Assembly: GCA_037379345.1 (NCBI GenBank) | Contig: CM074517.1 | Coordinates: 20,274,001-20,338,000 of the forward strand | Direction: 5' to 3' | DNA from: Perna viridis | Lineage: Eukaryota | DNA length: 64,000 nt | Position numbers and translations under genes: made by a program | Part shown: one piece after another, positions 40,607 to 54,777 of the stretch | How positions within the stretch are numbered: the stretch's first letter is position 1 | How the letters are laid out: every line of letters starts with the position of its first letter | Notes under the pieces: model-generated | The model's database searches: none | Told to the model about the DNA's origin: nothing | What the model saw: only the letters and a program-made list of their open reading frames with translations

Positions 40607-40627
40607 GGGAATGATTCATACACCTGA
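40607..40627 (+). CDS. Possible last coding exon of the mucin (GNDSYT-stop)
   Basis: Acceptor TTATGCTTTCAG| phase 0, TGA at 40625, AATAAA at 40758 and 40982. Confidence 0.4.
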   Translation, partial: GNDSYT

Positions 40628-42090
40628 TCTATATATATGCTTGTATGACGGCTGAATTGTGAACCAAAGTTTTAGTCCCCACTTACTTTCGCATATGTTC
40701 ACTTTAACTTGTGCATTATATGTAAGAATATTTAGATATGAATGTTTTGGTGTATATAATAAAGAATATAATTTATACTTCATAATTACTTTTGTGCAAA
40801 ATCTGTATTCAGATGCCTATAACTCATTTCTGCCATGCATTGTGTCTTCAATATCAAAGGTATATGTAATAGTATCAAAATATTAGTGCATCAAAATCAC
40901 ATATTTTGTCTGGTAAAACTGCATTGTAAAATACTCATGTGCTGTGCTTTACTGTTATGAAAATATCATGTTTTTTCTAAGAATAAATTGTAACATTGAT
41001 TAATCATCTGTCTGTTTAATGATTTAACCCTTTTATCTACTGTCATAGCTTTTGTCCCGTTAATGATGCAATTGAAACAACACACTTCTACATATTTATA
41101 CAAAACATAACAATAATTAAAAAATTGCATATTTATGTATGCTGTAAACGTTTTTCGATAAGTAACATCATATCAGCACCATGAAAATCATTAAACATAT
41201 AAATATAGTTCAAGATCTAAGAATTAATACAGACCAATATGTTCGAGCTATGAAACCAAATCTAGGTCCCATGTTCTGCAAAAAATGTCAAGGAAGCTAT
41301 ATTTATATGACACAAGGAATTAAGCCTCAGTGATTTTGTGTTTCTGACATATGTTAACAAATATCATGTAAAATGAGTCTTTTAATTTGAATTAGATTGA
41401 TTTATCAGATGTCCAGTACATTATATTCTGGGTTTCATACAAGGCTGAATACAGGAACATGTTTACGATTATGGTTGGCCCACATGAATCTAGAAGAAAT
41501 AGGACAGCTACAGAAAGATCGGAAACGTTATGACATTAGTTTTTCCTGCGACGGACAGCATTACGGAGAATACGTCTCCATCATTGTATATTATTTGAAA
41601 TGTTTTTTTCTGCAATTCATCATTCTGCTCTGTGTCTTTAGTGGGTAATTTATTACCCGACCCTACAAAACACACACTACTTAAAAGAAAAGGTACGCGG
41701 CATTATGATATTCAAATTGTACGATTTAAAATGAAAGAATGGTTTGGAGTACCTAAAGTTAGTTTTGTTTACTAGATAAAAACAAACAAAAATGTTGTAT
41801 CTCTATGAGTAAATGATAATTTGACTGAAACCAATTCAAACATAATGTCATCTATATGTACATGCAAGTTAAAGGTTATGATTAATTATTCAATTCTACA
41901 AACGTTACTTTTTAGGTATATTGTCATGGTCAGAAGAACGTCGATAAGTCTGACAATGGTGAGGTCAGTTGATAAGATAAAATTAAATTATTCATCAATT
42001 CTTGTACACTTCATGGCCACATTTTTAAAGTCTTGAAACAGAAAGTGAATATTACATTCCGTTTTAGGACAAAAAAATCATGACAAAATC

Positions 42091-42823
42091 AGTAATCAAG
42101 GGAACAAAGATTCTAGCGGAAAGATCAAATAAAGAAAACACACACAACAAAGCACATGAAATAACCAAAATGACACGCACAAAGAAACAAAAATTCGGAC
42201 TCTACTTAAAACTGAGAGGATGAGAATGGATTAGATGCACTGATAGGGTAAGCGTCCTGTGCTTTTCTAGAAACACCCGCTGAGTTACTAATAACAAATC
42301 AAGTCCGTGGTAGACTAAAGATGAAAGGACACTTTGACTAAATGAATGAATGGATTCTCATGGTATAGATGAATACACCTAAACTATCCAAGACTCATGA
42401 TGACGACCATGAAAGTTCTATAGTGATGACTTCAATCTTTTTGCAACATAACCTTTTTCAAGAAGCCTAATTGTAAGACGTCTAGCGCGCTACAAAAAGC
42501 ATGCGAAGTTACGATTATTTATTTATAACATATCGTAGGCGTTGTGATTTGAAAATTACTTACTCACGTGCTTAAGAGATGTTGCCACATATGAAAGGAA
42601 TGTTGACAATACGGAATAAATAGTCATCGCATTTGTCGTATAGTTTGGTCAATAGTTTTCCATTTCCATCGATCTCTAAGTGTAGGTCAAGATAGGTGGC
42701 TGACTTTACAGTATCTGTAATATTCTTTATCTCAATTCCTTTTGAGGTAGATGCGAAGTAGAAAATCCCCGAAACTAAGATTGTTCATCGTTGATTCGTC
42801 ATCTTTATAGCGGAAACTGAGAT
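42091..42823 (-). mobile_element. Old, degenerate Penelope-like fragment (from the FRY motif to the tail)
   Basis: The reverse complement aligns with 29205-29947. Confidence 0.85.
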
Positions 42824-43326
42824 CAACTACTGCGATAGTGTTCGCATTTTTTATTGTTACTTATCAACAATTTTCAGTCTAAATAATTTCCAGATAGTCG
42901 GACGCATATTATGTATTTGTCAAGCATTTATGTTATACTTTTGTATATCTTCTTTCAAACTTTTTTTAGAATACTGTTTGTGTTGAAAATCCAATTTATT
43001 TTAGAAGTATTTACATGCAAATATGTCAAAGGGTTGTGAGGTGTTCTATGTTTACAACAAGTCTAATTCACGTAAGCGTTAGTGTATTTCGTGTTAAGCA
43101 TTTTTTTACCTCTTTCTTATATATTCGTGATCATCATTTTCTTAAGTATGTACCCCAAAAAAAAAATCACTGAGACATAAATTAATTTTATGAAATCATG
43201 ATCGTTTAGACTTTTAAAATTAAGCTGTGGTACTTTTTATTGTTCATGTTGGGCGGACTTGAGTCAAATGTCTTAACTCTAAATGAAAATTATGACATGC
43301 TTACTTAAAATGAAAATATTTATTAA

Positions 43327-43520
43327 GGAGGTTGACCTAAGGTAAGGGGCACGGTTCTTGAAAATCATTGGAACGTTTGTATGCAGCATTTTACGTCAAT
43401 CTCATGTATTATCAAAGTAACTTGGATTGATTTCATTCTGTTTCAAATTGTTGAGATTGAATATGATACGAACATATCACTGATTCCAGGACTTATGTCC
43501 CTTAATTCATGCCTACCTCC
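43327..43520. mobile_element. TTAA-flanked MITE (Kolobok-like ends)
   Basis: TTAA-GGAGGT...ACCTCC-TTAA. Confidence 0.5.
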
Positions 43521-46500
43521 TTAACTTGTACAGACATAGTATTCACAAAATATCAATGGACTGAACTATGTTGTCACGATTCTGATGTGGTTTGTGTATA
43601 TCTTACCTCCAGATTTATTGAACCATGACTTGAAAACAGATACTTCAGCAACAAAACTTCCAAGCAAGGCTTTTGTTTGAAAGAAATGTCAAAGTTATCG
43701 TTCTCATTTATACAAGTTCCGATTTGAGCAAAATGTGGACACAGTACTAGATTGACGGATCCAAACAAAATGAGTAATCGTTGTAAATGATCCACGATCA
43801 TCTACAATACATCAGTGGTGTACAGTTTTGTTCAAATTGCTATAGTGGTTTAACCAATAACCTGTCAAGGAGACTGGGTTTTCTTTTTGATTCAGAATTG
43901 TTTTGGTTTTTTTCTTTTTGCGTGCAAAAATATGTACTTTTCTAACGCATGTAAGCTACAATTATACCTCATATCACAAATATATTCGACCTTGTATGGT
44001 TAAGGAGGAATTGCGGCTCAAAGAAATTGGTCTCTTCTTTCAGTAGTATAGATGATGTAAATATTTGGACAATCTACACTTCCTTTGTTCCGGTGGTAAT
44101 TAATACAGAAAATGATATAATACATGATCCGTAACTTACACTGCTCAGAAAAGCACAGTCTACATTTTTTTTTAAATTTCTAATGACAACTTTTAAGTTA
44201 ACGTAAATATGCATAAAAAAATTGTAAACACCGCTTTATTTAGAAGTCAATACAAATATCGTACTATTCAATCTTTGTTGGAGATATTTTTTTCGTTACA
44301 GGTTAAAGGTTGACAATTCGATAAAGTAAAAGAAGTATACAGAACCAGGGATAATTCGCTGAGGGAGATCCAGTTTCTGATAAATGACGCTGTGCAGTTT
44401 ACAGAGAACATATTTGACAGACAGCTTCCTCCCATACATCTTCTTAAAACTACGTTATCACCCAGCCATCTAAAATTACAAGGATGACTTAAATCTGCAT
44501 GCCCTTTAAAGTTTAGATAATACTTTTAAAGCGTGATTTGTTTGTTGCTATCTACATGTCCATACTAAACCCATAATGGATTCTTCTCCTAACCATAAAT
44601 TGTGAATCTTCATATGTTATAAGCAGCAACTGTCTCATATAAGAAAAACTTATGATGTATCAAATATCTGCCTTGTAAAGTGGTTCTGTGTGTTCTGTGC
44701 AGATCGGAAATGGACATAACAGCACTGTATCATGTTATATCCTTTTTAATTTTATGATGCGGGATATTCCCAAATGAAATGAATATTTTTATTATCAGGA
44801 AGGTACATTGAGTGTGGCTCTTGTGAAATAGAAAAAAAGGAATCGGAATTTAATTTGGAAACCAAATTGATTATTAAAAGTGTTTAAGCTTAAAGATGAC
44901 GAACCAAATTCTAGTAGACTTAGGCCGTCTGTTCTGTTGGTCGATTTTGTTATATGTTCAGAAATTAGCATTCAATTTTTTTCTTTCTCCTTCGAAATTA
45001 CTTGGTCATTTTGTCTGAAATCAAGAAATCCCAGCAAGTTCCGCTGGATATAACTCCCTCTTAATTTGAAATCGGACTAAAAATGCTTCTTTGTTTTATC
45101 TAAAAGTAACGTTCATTACCGTTATGATGACTTCGTCCTCTATTGTATAAAGACAGTCACAATTGAACCAGTAAAATTATTAGTTAACAGAGAAGGGCCA
45201 ATTGTGTATGTAAAATTGTAATTGAATTGGAATAAGGAGTGGGAAATAAGACATCTAGGATTACCCAGCAGAAACACTTACATTTTATAATTATTCCTAC
45301 GTAACAGCTTTAATTCATAACAAACCATCTTGTAATTGCCGTATGTCTTGTTTTATTTGGTTTACATATGTTAGATGTAAGTTTGTGTTTCAATCAGCAT
45401 TCAAAATTACATTGGAGTCATTTTGAACTTTTAACCATGTATAATGAGAAGGAATATGGTGAATATGTCTACGAGAGACACCCCCACCGATTCAAAACAA
45501 AAGTCACCTAGGCGCCACCCATGAGTCTTCAAGAAGGACAGGGAAGCCCCAAAACAACATTATACTCAGGGACAAGGAAATATTTACCCTCCTTCCCTAT
45601 ATACTCCAGCAACATAAAAGCATTAAGTAAAAACGAAACAATAATGTATAAATAAAGGGAGAAAACTCGCTTGATATCAGATTTTAAGCACAGGATAATC
45701 AATCGGTCATGGCGTTAGTTTATACATATAGACACCCATGTGACATATAACAAAATGTGTCACAACACATCACTAGTTTAAACAATATTTTCAGTGTATT
45801 ATGTAATATATTTCACTTCTTTCGCTACATTGTGTATGTTGATCATCTTTGTTTCATCTCTTCACCTTATGGCCATATTTTTGGATTTTGACGTATTTGG
45901 ATTATCCTATTGTTGACGCTTTTTTACTTGTTTGCCTATATTACATGCATGAAGACGAATATTTTTTTTCATTCCAATTATGTATATATAACCTTTAAGT
46001 AATATCTTCTGCGTTTTTATTGCACAAAAGCGAATTGTGTTACTAATGAATAGACTACAAAAGGCTGAAATAATTTGTATTCAATAAAAAATGTTTAATT
46101 GTTCTTAATCTTTTCAATTCATTGTAATATTGTATCGTTTTCTTGAAAATAAAAAAAATTGGATGATGTTGAAGATAGTGATAAATGTATTCCCATTGTT
46201 CTTTACTTTTACATTCAAATTGAAAATAGATATCTGATTGTGTTTTTCCTAAAATTAAAGCAATGGCACGTTTGTTAGTTATTGGGTGATATCACACATG
46301 TTTAATGGCCTTGTATTACCATGCATACAATTTAGAAGCTAGATTTATTCTATTATGTATAGGGTACATCAATTCAACTCGCGTACTAATTGTTTTACAT
46401 CTGATCAGCATATCCAGTCAAATAGCTAGCATTCGATACCCTTATGGAAATTGTTTTGTGATAAGAATCGTTCCCATTTTTGATACCAGTGCAAATTGCA

Positions 46501-49500
46501 TCATTAACAAAATATGTTTTTTTGTTGCATTCCATATTGCAGTGCTCATGTAATTTAATCGGATTGATGACTTCTATGTCTGGATATCTATCATTTTATT
46601 AAAATTGATAATCACCCAATTTTAATAGGGATTGGCATGTACTGCTAATGAGAAATTCTTTTCATTAAAGCGAAAAAAACATACATATCAAAATTTTATT
46701 AACATCAGCCAGTTGTCGTCTGTACTCTTATCGCCGTTCGGGTCAGTGAGAAGTACTCGATTAATAATTTTACAAACACATACTCTTCTCTAATAATTGT
46801 CTTGACCTTCATCTCCAAATTGGCTTGAAAGAAAAGCAGTCAACCAAATTCAATGACACACACACACACAGATTTTCATCGTTATTTTTTTTATTTCATA
46901 TGGGTGTTTCAGAATACAAACTTGTAGTCTCTATATTCATTTGCTTAGTAAGCAGCAGATATCATAACACCACATACGCAAGTGCTATAAAGATGGGTTT
47001 CCCATAGACTGAAACAAAGTTCTACGCTGGTAATCATGACATGATTGACCGATATGGAGTATCCTTTTTCGGTTTAAAAAATTTCTTCCGTCATCATAGA
47101 TAACTGGACATGGAAACTGTCCACACTTCCTGAACGTTCGAGTCCAAACGCGAAGAAAACGATGAAAAGGATAATGATGCTGGTGGTTATAATTGAATGA
47201 GTCCGCCAGCTTTCGTGGTCGGCGACTTAATTATGAACGCAATTATTATTCTTTTTATTTTCTTTTACATTGACATTATAGTAGGATAGCAGATATTTAA
47301 AAAGCCTTCAAATAACGAAGTTTAATGCACCAAAATATAGTAAGGCTAAATTTGGTATCATTTTTTAGGAAAATCTTTCTACTTTCAAATTAGAATTGTC
47401 GTACAAAAGTATTGTGGTCCCAATTTGTATAATTTTGCGTTTTGTGAGGGCTCCGTGTTACCCTGCACAAATACAGACTGCAAAAAAGTCAATTATAATT
47501 ATGAAAACATGAAACAAAATGTTAATGATCTAAGTGTGTTCCAAAGTAATAATTAAGGATTACATGAGGCTGTAATTTTAACTAAAATATATTGTCATGG
47601 AGAAAATATTGACGTAGTTTTCGTAGACCGTATTTTTGTGCTAATTTTAAGCCCTTTTTCATTAATTGTATGAAACTCGTACGTGTTTATCGACCACAGT
47701 GGGTTTAGATGTATAGATTTTGTAACCGGGTACCTTCTGAATTAACTCTCAATTTTGAGTAATGATAAGAAGTTAACAAAAAAAGTCAATATCGGTGGTA
47801 CAAGCTACCTTATAAATGCGGAATTTCACGTATTCCGTGTACAATCAATAATGTGGCCAGTCAATAACTACTACGCTTAGTTGAAATAGCACTCTTTCAT
47901 TTGTTTTACCCCGTGAAGAACAGGGACTCCAAGGAATCAAATTAGGGTTAAAGTGATATAATGTACTGCAAATTTTTATTCGCAATTATAACTGTATAAT
48001 ATACCGTAATTCCGAATCTATTCTCATTATAAAGTCTATAAACAAAGAAACAAGCAGTGTTGGCAATTCAAAAATTATCTGTCGCTTATACATACAGTAA
48101 CCACAGGGACTTACTCCTCCTTTCAAACATGCAGCCCCACTAGTATATATAGGTTAAAGGAGTAAGCCTCTGTACAGTTACCGATCGTGAAATACCTCAG
48201 CGAATGAACGCTTTACAAGCAATCAAGAACCATACTAATGATTTTCAGACCTTAGGTCAAGCTTACATCATAATTTTGTTGTTTCACTTGATACTACATG
48301 TAGCAAACGGCTTTTTGCTTTACTATTAGACTCAAAGAGAACATAAACTGAACACACAGAGCCAAACTAACAAAGTCCTCTATTTAGTTTTGGTTCATTT
48401 GAAACGAAAAACTATTATAATATGAAATATGGCAGGTTGTTAAACAAAGGGATAGAGAAAACCGCTATTTCGTCAATGCTATCCTTCAAGAGGCCGGTAC
48501 AAAGAAATCTAAATATCCTCTCTTTTCCGCCAAGATATTCTTATAACCTGCCAGGCTTCAATTTAAAAGATATCCCAGTATCCAGTCACAAACTGTATAT
48601 TCATAGCAGGTCTGTGTGAAGGATACGGGTTTACCTGCCGGAAGGATCAATACTTTAAATTTACGACAGCTTAACCCTGCTAAGAACCTATTCTTTCGAC
48701 AAATGGGTACTATTACAAAGTGTTCCAATTAATGGCTAATGAGCTTTTCAAACCGAAAACAATTATAGACAGGTTAAGTTGTGTTCTTTCGAGTCAATGA
48801 AAAATTCAACGTTTACAGCAAATTTTGTCTGAAACTCAGATGGTAAAATACAAATTGCGCCTATTAGACAGTTTGTTTGGAACTTCTTTTTGAACTAAAG
48901 AGAATAACACTTTCAAAGCTGCTTTTTAAATAGAAAAGAAAATTTAATATTTACTGCAAATGTTAGATATTACAAAATAATTTCAGAATGTGTTTTTTAA
49001 ATATTTAATTTCCTGTTTTTACATTACGATAACTCAAAGGTCAAGGTCGGCCTTTCATTTCGGACCGCTAAAATTGAAAGTTTTTGGAATGTTTACCAAA
49101 AGCTGCTGCGGACAGCACTATTTGCTAGTTGTTCTTAAATATAGCTGTTGATTCTTGTAGGGGATGAATTTGAGCTGCTCTGATGTAAAATCGCTCCAGC
49201 AAAGGGGTTTGCCATACAAAAATGATACATTTTTTTCTCAAAAATCATTATTGACCTTTAACGATATTTTGTTAGAGACATGACCACAATCGATGTGTAT
49301 GACATCGCTATTTCGATAGAGCCTGACATAAGCTTTCCATCGATATATAATTTAGCCATATTACTTTCTGGTGCATTAAATCCTCAAAAATCGATAGCCT
49401 GCTATCCTTCTATTAGCTTTTCTATCCTTTGGAATGCATGTAATATTTGTTTACTTTTAAAATACTTTTGATTGATGCAATATAAATTATTAAAATAATA

Positions 49501-49608
49501 GTCTAAATTTTACTTTTGTAAATCAGACGTAGAATTAGAACAACGTTTTTTTTAATATACCGTGTAGATAAAATGTACATCTCGTCTTCATTGTGATGTA
49601 TGTTGTAC

Positions 49609-50871
49609 AATCATACATACAAAGTGACAAAACCAAATGAGCAACTCGGACTCCACTAACAACTGGGAGCATGGACCAGGTGCACCGGTGGGTGAAGCGT
49701 CCTGTGCTTTTTCAGAAATACCCATCGAGTTGATAGTTGTTTAACGGAACATAAATAGAATAAAAATACAATTAATACACTCGGAAAATATAGTTTGGAT
49801 AATAAAAAAATGACCTTTGAACTATTTCACATTTTCATGCAACACCATAACCATTCCAAAATATACGAAAGAAATCTGATGGTCGTCAAATAATAGTTCA
49901 GATCGTAGCATTATGAATAAGATTTCTTTTTTCTAAAAGATATATTTGCTTCATTTGTCCTGTTTTTATTTTATTTTTATTGTTTATTTTGTTTGATTAA
50001 CTTCGTCTGTTTTATATCTATGTTATAACATATACATTGATTACACAGGACTTTTAAAATCGTACTGCATTGTCAAAGGTGATGATTTAAACTTTCCAAT
50101 TGTCAATCCCCCCTTTAATAATGAAAATAAAGATACTTTTAAAGGTTATGAAAGAGTAATCATGGGAACCAAGATTCTAGAGGAAATCAAAGAATGTAAT
50201 CCAGGGACAAAGACCAGACATGGAAAACAGACAAACACAACAAAGGACATTAAGTAACTAAAATGATACATACAAAGTGAAAAAAGTAAATGAGCTATTC
50301 GGAATCAACTAAAATCTGGAACCATGGTACACCGGTAGGGGAAGCGTCCTGTAGTTTTCTAGAAACGAAAAGATTCCCAGTAATTATCACGTATATGATT
50401 TATATATTGAATCCTGTTAAATAAACTTCAGGGTGTGTTCATTGTTACGTTTAATGTATAACACTATTTATTTCTGTTGTTATCAACATGATTGATTTTT
50501 CAATATAAAGTTCTTTACAAAGACAGGATGTCAATTAGAATGGTTAATAAGGAGATGAATGTTTTGCTAAATTCAAATAAAAAATCAATATACATTTTTA
50601 TCGGAAAAGATATTTTTAAACCCAATTTCTAAATTGAATTTAATATTTATACAAGGTTTATCACTTCAAAATGTAACATGAGCATTCTATTTACTTAAAC
50701 ATTGCTTCGTCAGACCATCACAGCATTAATTAACAAATGATAAACACATAAAGCATGTTTTGAAACTTTTCAGCTATTCAGCTGGAAATAAAATCCTCTG
50801 TTGTCTGGTCTTTGTCCCTGCATTACATTCTTTTGATTACCGCTATAACCTTGGTTCCCTTGATTACTCTT
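49609..50871. mobile_element. Cluster of three Penelope-like tail fragments (49609-49732 minus, 50152-50366 minus, 50802-50871 plus)
   Basis: Each matches part of 29711-29950. Confidence 0.85.
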
Positions 50872-52104
50872 GCATAGTTAAACTTTATATTTCTTTTAAT
50901 TATGGCTTTCAAGTATCTTGACTGATACTGTTGAAGAGGAATGTCCGAGTGGTATGCTCTCTTCATAAACATGTATATAAATGGAATCCTTTAGAAAACT
51001 ATGATTTAATTAACAGATAATAATTAATTGCAATTGTATAAAAATGTCACAATACTGGAATAATGTAATGTACGACTAAAATCCGTGAAAGTCGGAATAA
51101 TTACAAGCACAGACCGATGCTTTGAATCACTGTAGCTCTATATTCCACAAACAACTTCAGTACAGCTCAATATAATGCTTCATACTTATAGACCTCCCTT
51201 TCAAAATCTATTACTAACGTCAAGTCTCATAAACGGCATAGATTCTCAAAATGCAGGAAACCTTGTATCGTCATTTGGAATAAAATTCACAACATGGACT
51301 ATCTTGTACCTTCTGCAACTAGTCGGTCAAATTCAACAATGAAAGTAGATACATTGTTTTAAGACTTGATCAAATGTAAATTTAGAAAAAGCAGCTGTAT
51401 GAGCACATACATGGACTCTGGTGTTTTTCCTCATTATCTCACATATTAGGTCATGTTCACTTAGGTATTAAAATTTCACAATGAAAAATTAATGCTAGAA
51501 TATTATACTAAACTGCTAAAATGGGATACAATATAATTTATTGGATTAACATCAGACACGATGGACTTAATACAGCTTCGATTTGCATAAACATTCAGGC
51601 GTGAATATCTTTAAAGCAAGTGATTTTGCACTTGAAATTGAAACTAACTTGTATTTATAAAATTACAAGGACTTTGAATAACATATACACTTTTTGTGTA
51701 TTATGTCCCTATAAAGGTGTTAATTTTATTTTGGTTTTATTTGTTTCTTTTTCAAATTAATTATATTTAAGATACACATTATGGTTCTAAGTAGTCCTTA
51801 AAATAAAATATTATAACTATTTAATTTTTTTAAATGAACTTGTTGATAAAATGGGTTTATTAGCGTAAATCGGAACATTAGTTATATCGACTGACATTTT
51901 ATTCAATTACTACGTATTGTTATGTATATTCTGTAGTATATTGTTCGATTATTATATGTTTAATAGGAAGATACCGGTTTTATACACAAATACAACAAAT
52001 AAAAGTAAGGGAGTATTGCCGAATAACCTATTTTCCATGATGTACGACAATGAAACATTTGGTTATGTCTGTATCCCTGAATATATATTACTAATTTCCT
52101 ATAC

Positions 52105-52242
52105 NNNNNNNNNNNNNNNNNNNNNNNNNNNNNNNNNNNNNNNNNNNNNNNNNNNNNNNNNNNNNNNNNNNNNNNNNNNNNNNNNNNNNNNNNNNNNNNN
52201 NNNNNNNNNNNNNNNNNNNNNNNNNNNNNNNNNNNNNNNNNN
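52105..52242. other. Assembly gap (138 N)
   Basis: Run of N. Confidence 1.
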
Positions 52243-53789
52243 AATAATGGAGAAATATTTCTATATAATTTTATACATTGCTCTTGATAAAAATAAAATA
52301 TTTATTAGTATACGTGGTAAATGACGACATTTCTTTTGTGTTTTATAGTAGAAAAAGCACGTTCGAAAATATCAGGTCAAGGTGTGCTGATTTCTGTAAA
52401 TTATTATCCTTTTATATTAACACAGATAACCTCTGACATTGAATGTCATTGTCAGTAAAGGAGTGATAAATTTTATGTTGTAACTTGTTCATGCTGATAG
52501 CTTTGAAAGTTTTTCGCCAGATTACAAGGTAAAATATGTTTAAGTATATATATTTATATATATATACACCAAATAATATATTGGTGTTTTGTATTCCGTT
52601 CTTGTTCAATTATTAAAGAATTAAGCATTTTTAGATGGTTAACTTCTGTATATTTACCTTAATTAAAAAAAAACATTTTTTAAGCAAAATATTTATATTT
52701 ATATGAATGCAGTGATTTTTCTGCAATTAAAAGTGAACGAAAAATGCGTTACTTAAATAAAGTATTTTGTATTTCATGTTTATAAACATTAATTTATTTT
52801 TATATGCTGCAAGCATAGGTAGCCTTAAAGTTGCCATTTTTCTACCATAAGTGTTTTCAGCCTAATTCATATGCTAGTTTGCAGTAAATTTAATTCATGT
52901 TTAGGGTTGATTTGTTTCTAGTTGATTAAATGTAACACATATAATTAAAAGCCATAGTAATGAAACAGGAACTGCATTCTTACTGAACATTTGAGTTCAC
53001 CCTGGGTTTTTTTGGTGGAGTTTGCGCAGTCTGTCTATGTTTGAACTTTTATAATTTCTTTGTCTTTCTAGATCTCTGTCCTTATTAGGTCTATGTTCTC
53101 TTGAACTTGATTGCCTTTTCTTTAAAGTTACAATATGTTTATGATTGTAGTGGTTTTCAACAAAGAATTTTTTTTTCAATCATGATGCTATGAAATTAAG
53201 ATTTACATACCCGATTTTAAACTGTTTGATGATTATGAAAACAAAAAAGAGAGTTACCTTTAAAATTATCTCTAGAAATTCATAATACCTGATTTTCTTA
53301 TCAAATTAATTTATTTGTGTGTTAGCTAGTTGAGAACCACATGTAAATGATAAAAGCAGAGAAATATCTTTGTTATGATAAAGAGAATGATGAGACATAT
53401 TTTACTTTATTCAACTACAACTGATAGATCAAAAGTACTGTTTAGAGGAAAGTGTATTTCAAATACAATGTTGAAATTTCAGCTTGTTTTCTAAAGATTT
53501 ATGCATGTCCTCGATTATAACAATTAGGATGTGGATTGCTATTTATTTATTCATTTAAATCCTTCTCAAGATATACATTTACAGTGTTACAGCGGGTTAA
53601 GGAACTTTCCAAATATCTTGTTTTACAAATATAGAATTGGCTGAGTTCTACTATTGTAAGTGTAATGGTTGTGGGTGACTAAGTATGACACTCTCAGTAA
53701 AATTGAATGCAGGAAATATGGTTTACCTAGTCTGATACTTTTTTAAAGGAATAATAAATATAAGTAAACAATAGCCACCTTCAAAAGAT

Positions 53790-54302
53790 TGATTGATTAA
53801 TTGATTGTTGGGGTTTAGCACCCGAGCAGCAATATTTCTGCCATATTCAGGCGATGAACATGAAGTGGAAGATAAAATGAACATGAAATGATGATGTAAT
53901 GAAAAAATGGGGTGGGACACAAGGATGATGAGTCCACAAATTTTGATTGCCACTGGAAATAGGGAGAAGTGGGTAGGGTCGGGCAATTTAGTATTCTGTG
54001 GCGGAGCGCAAAAGTTCCTATCCTATCGAGTACCACAGCAGGGTTCTTTAACGTCCAGGGAACGTGGCATCTTTCCCAACACTGTGTACCACTATGGTTT
54101 GCGGTCATGTTTTCCGCATTATAGCCTGACAACCCCAGCATGTAACACACCAGGGGTACCCCATTCCACCACCTGGGGCACCCAACCCAGTTGCTTCGTG
54201 GGCAGAGCGCCAAGCCGCCGGCTAGGTTCCTGAGAACTATTTAGTCGCCTTTTACGACAAGCTTAGCGCTGCTGCAGGCCTATTCTTTTGACTGCACGGG
54301 GC
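53790..54302 (-). mobile_element. SINE-like retroposon with (AATC)n tail and 12-bp TSD
   Basis: TSD CCTTCAAAAGAT at 53778-53789 and 54303-54314. GC-rich body with head motif GCTTGTCGTAAAAGGCGACTAAA and a microsatellite tail. Confidence 0.85.
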
Positions 54303-54518
54303 CCTTCAAAAGATAAAATGGAACTAAATACAAATAGAATAACAATAAAAAACACATATAAAAACAAAAAAAATGAGGCCCATTTTTTTTCTTTGTCGAC
54401 CTTCGTCACGGGTAAACAGTATAAAAAAGACAACTGACAGAATACACTGAGAATCCGTGCTGTGGAGATGAAAATGATCTAGCTAATCATTGTGGAAAAG
54501 CGTCAAGTTCAAGAAGAA

Positions 54519-54777
54519 AAGAGTAATCAAGAAAACCAAGGCTATAGCGGTAATCAAAAGAATGTAATTCAGGGACAAGATCAGACATGGAAAACAGACA
54601 TACACAACAAAGAACATAAAGTAACTAAAATCATACATACAAAGTGACAAAAGCAAATGCGCTACTCGGGCTCCACTAAAAACTGGATGCATGGACCAGG
54701 TGCAACGGTAGGGTAAGCGTCCTCTTCTTTTCTAGAAACACCTGCCGAGTTGCTCATAAAAAGTCTAGTCCGGGGTA
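54519..54777 (-). mobile_element. Penelope-like 3' tail
   Basis: Near-complete match to 29690-29950. Confidence 0.9.

Larger units (their letters stand above)
41409..43818 (+). pseudogene. Possible decayed exons of a lectin/WSC-like gene (41409-41644, 41916-41958, 43534-~43818)
   Basis: Splice-flanked segments with stops and frameshifts give MFTIMVGP..SFSCDGQHYGEYVSI, GILSWSE and QWTELCCHD..GFCLKE/CQSY. Recognised by eye only. Confidence 0.3.
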
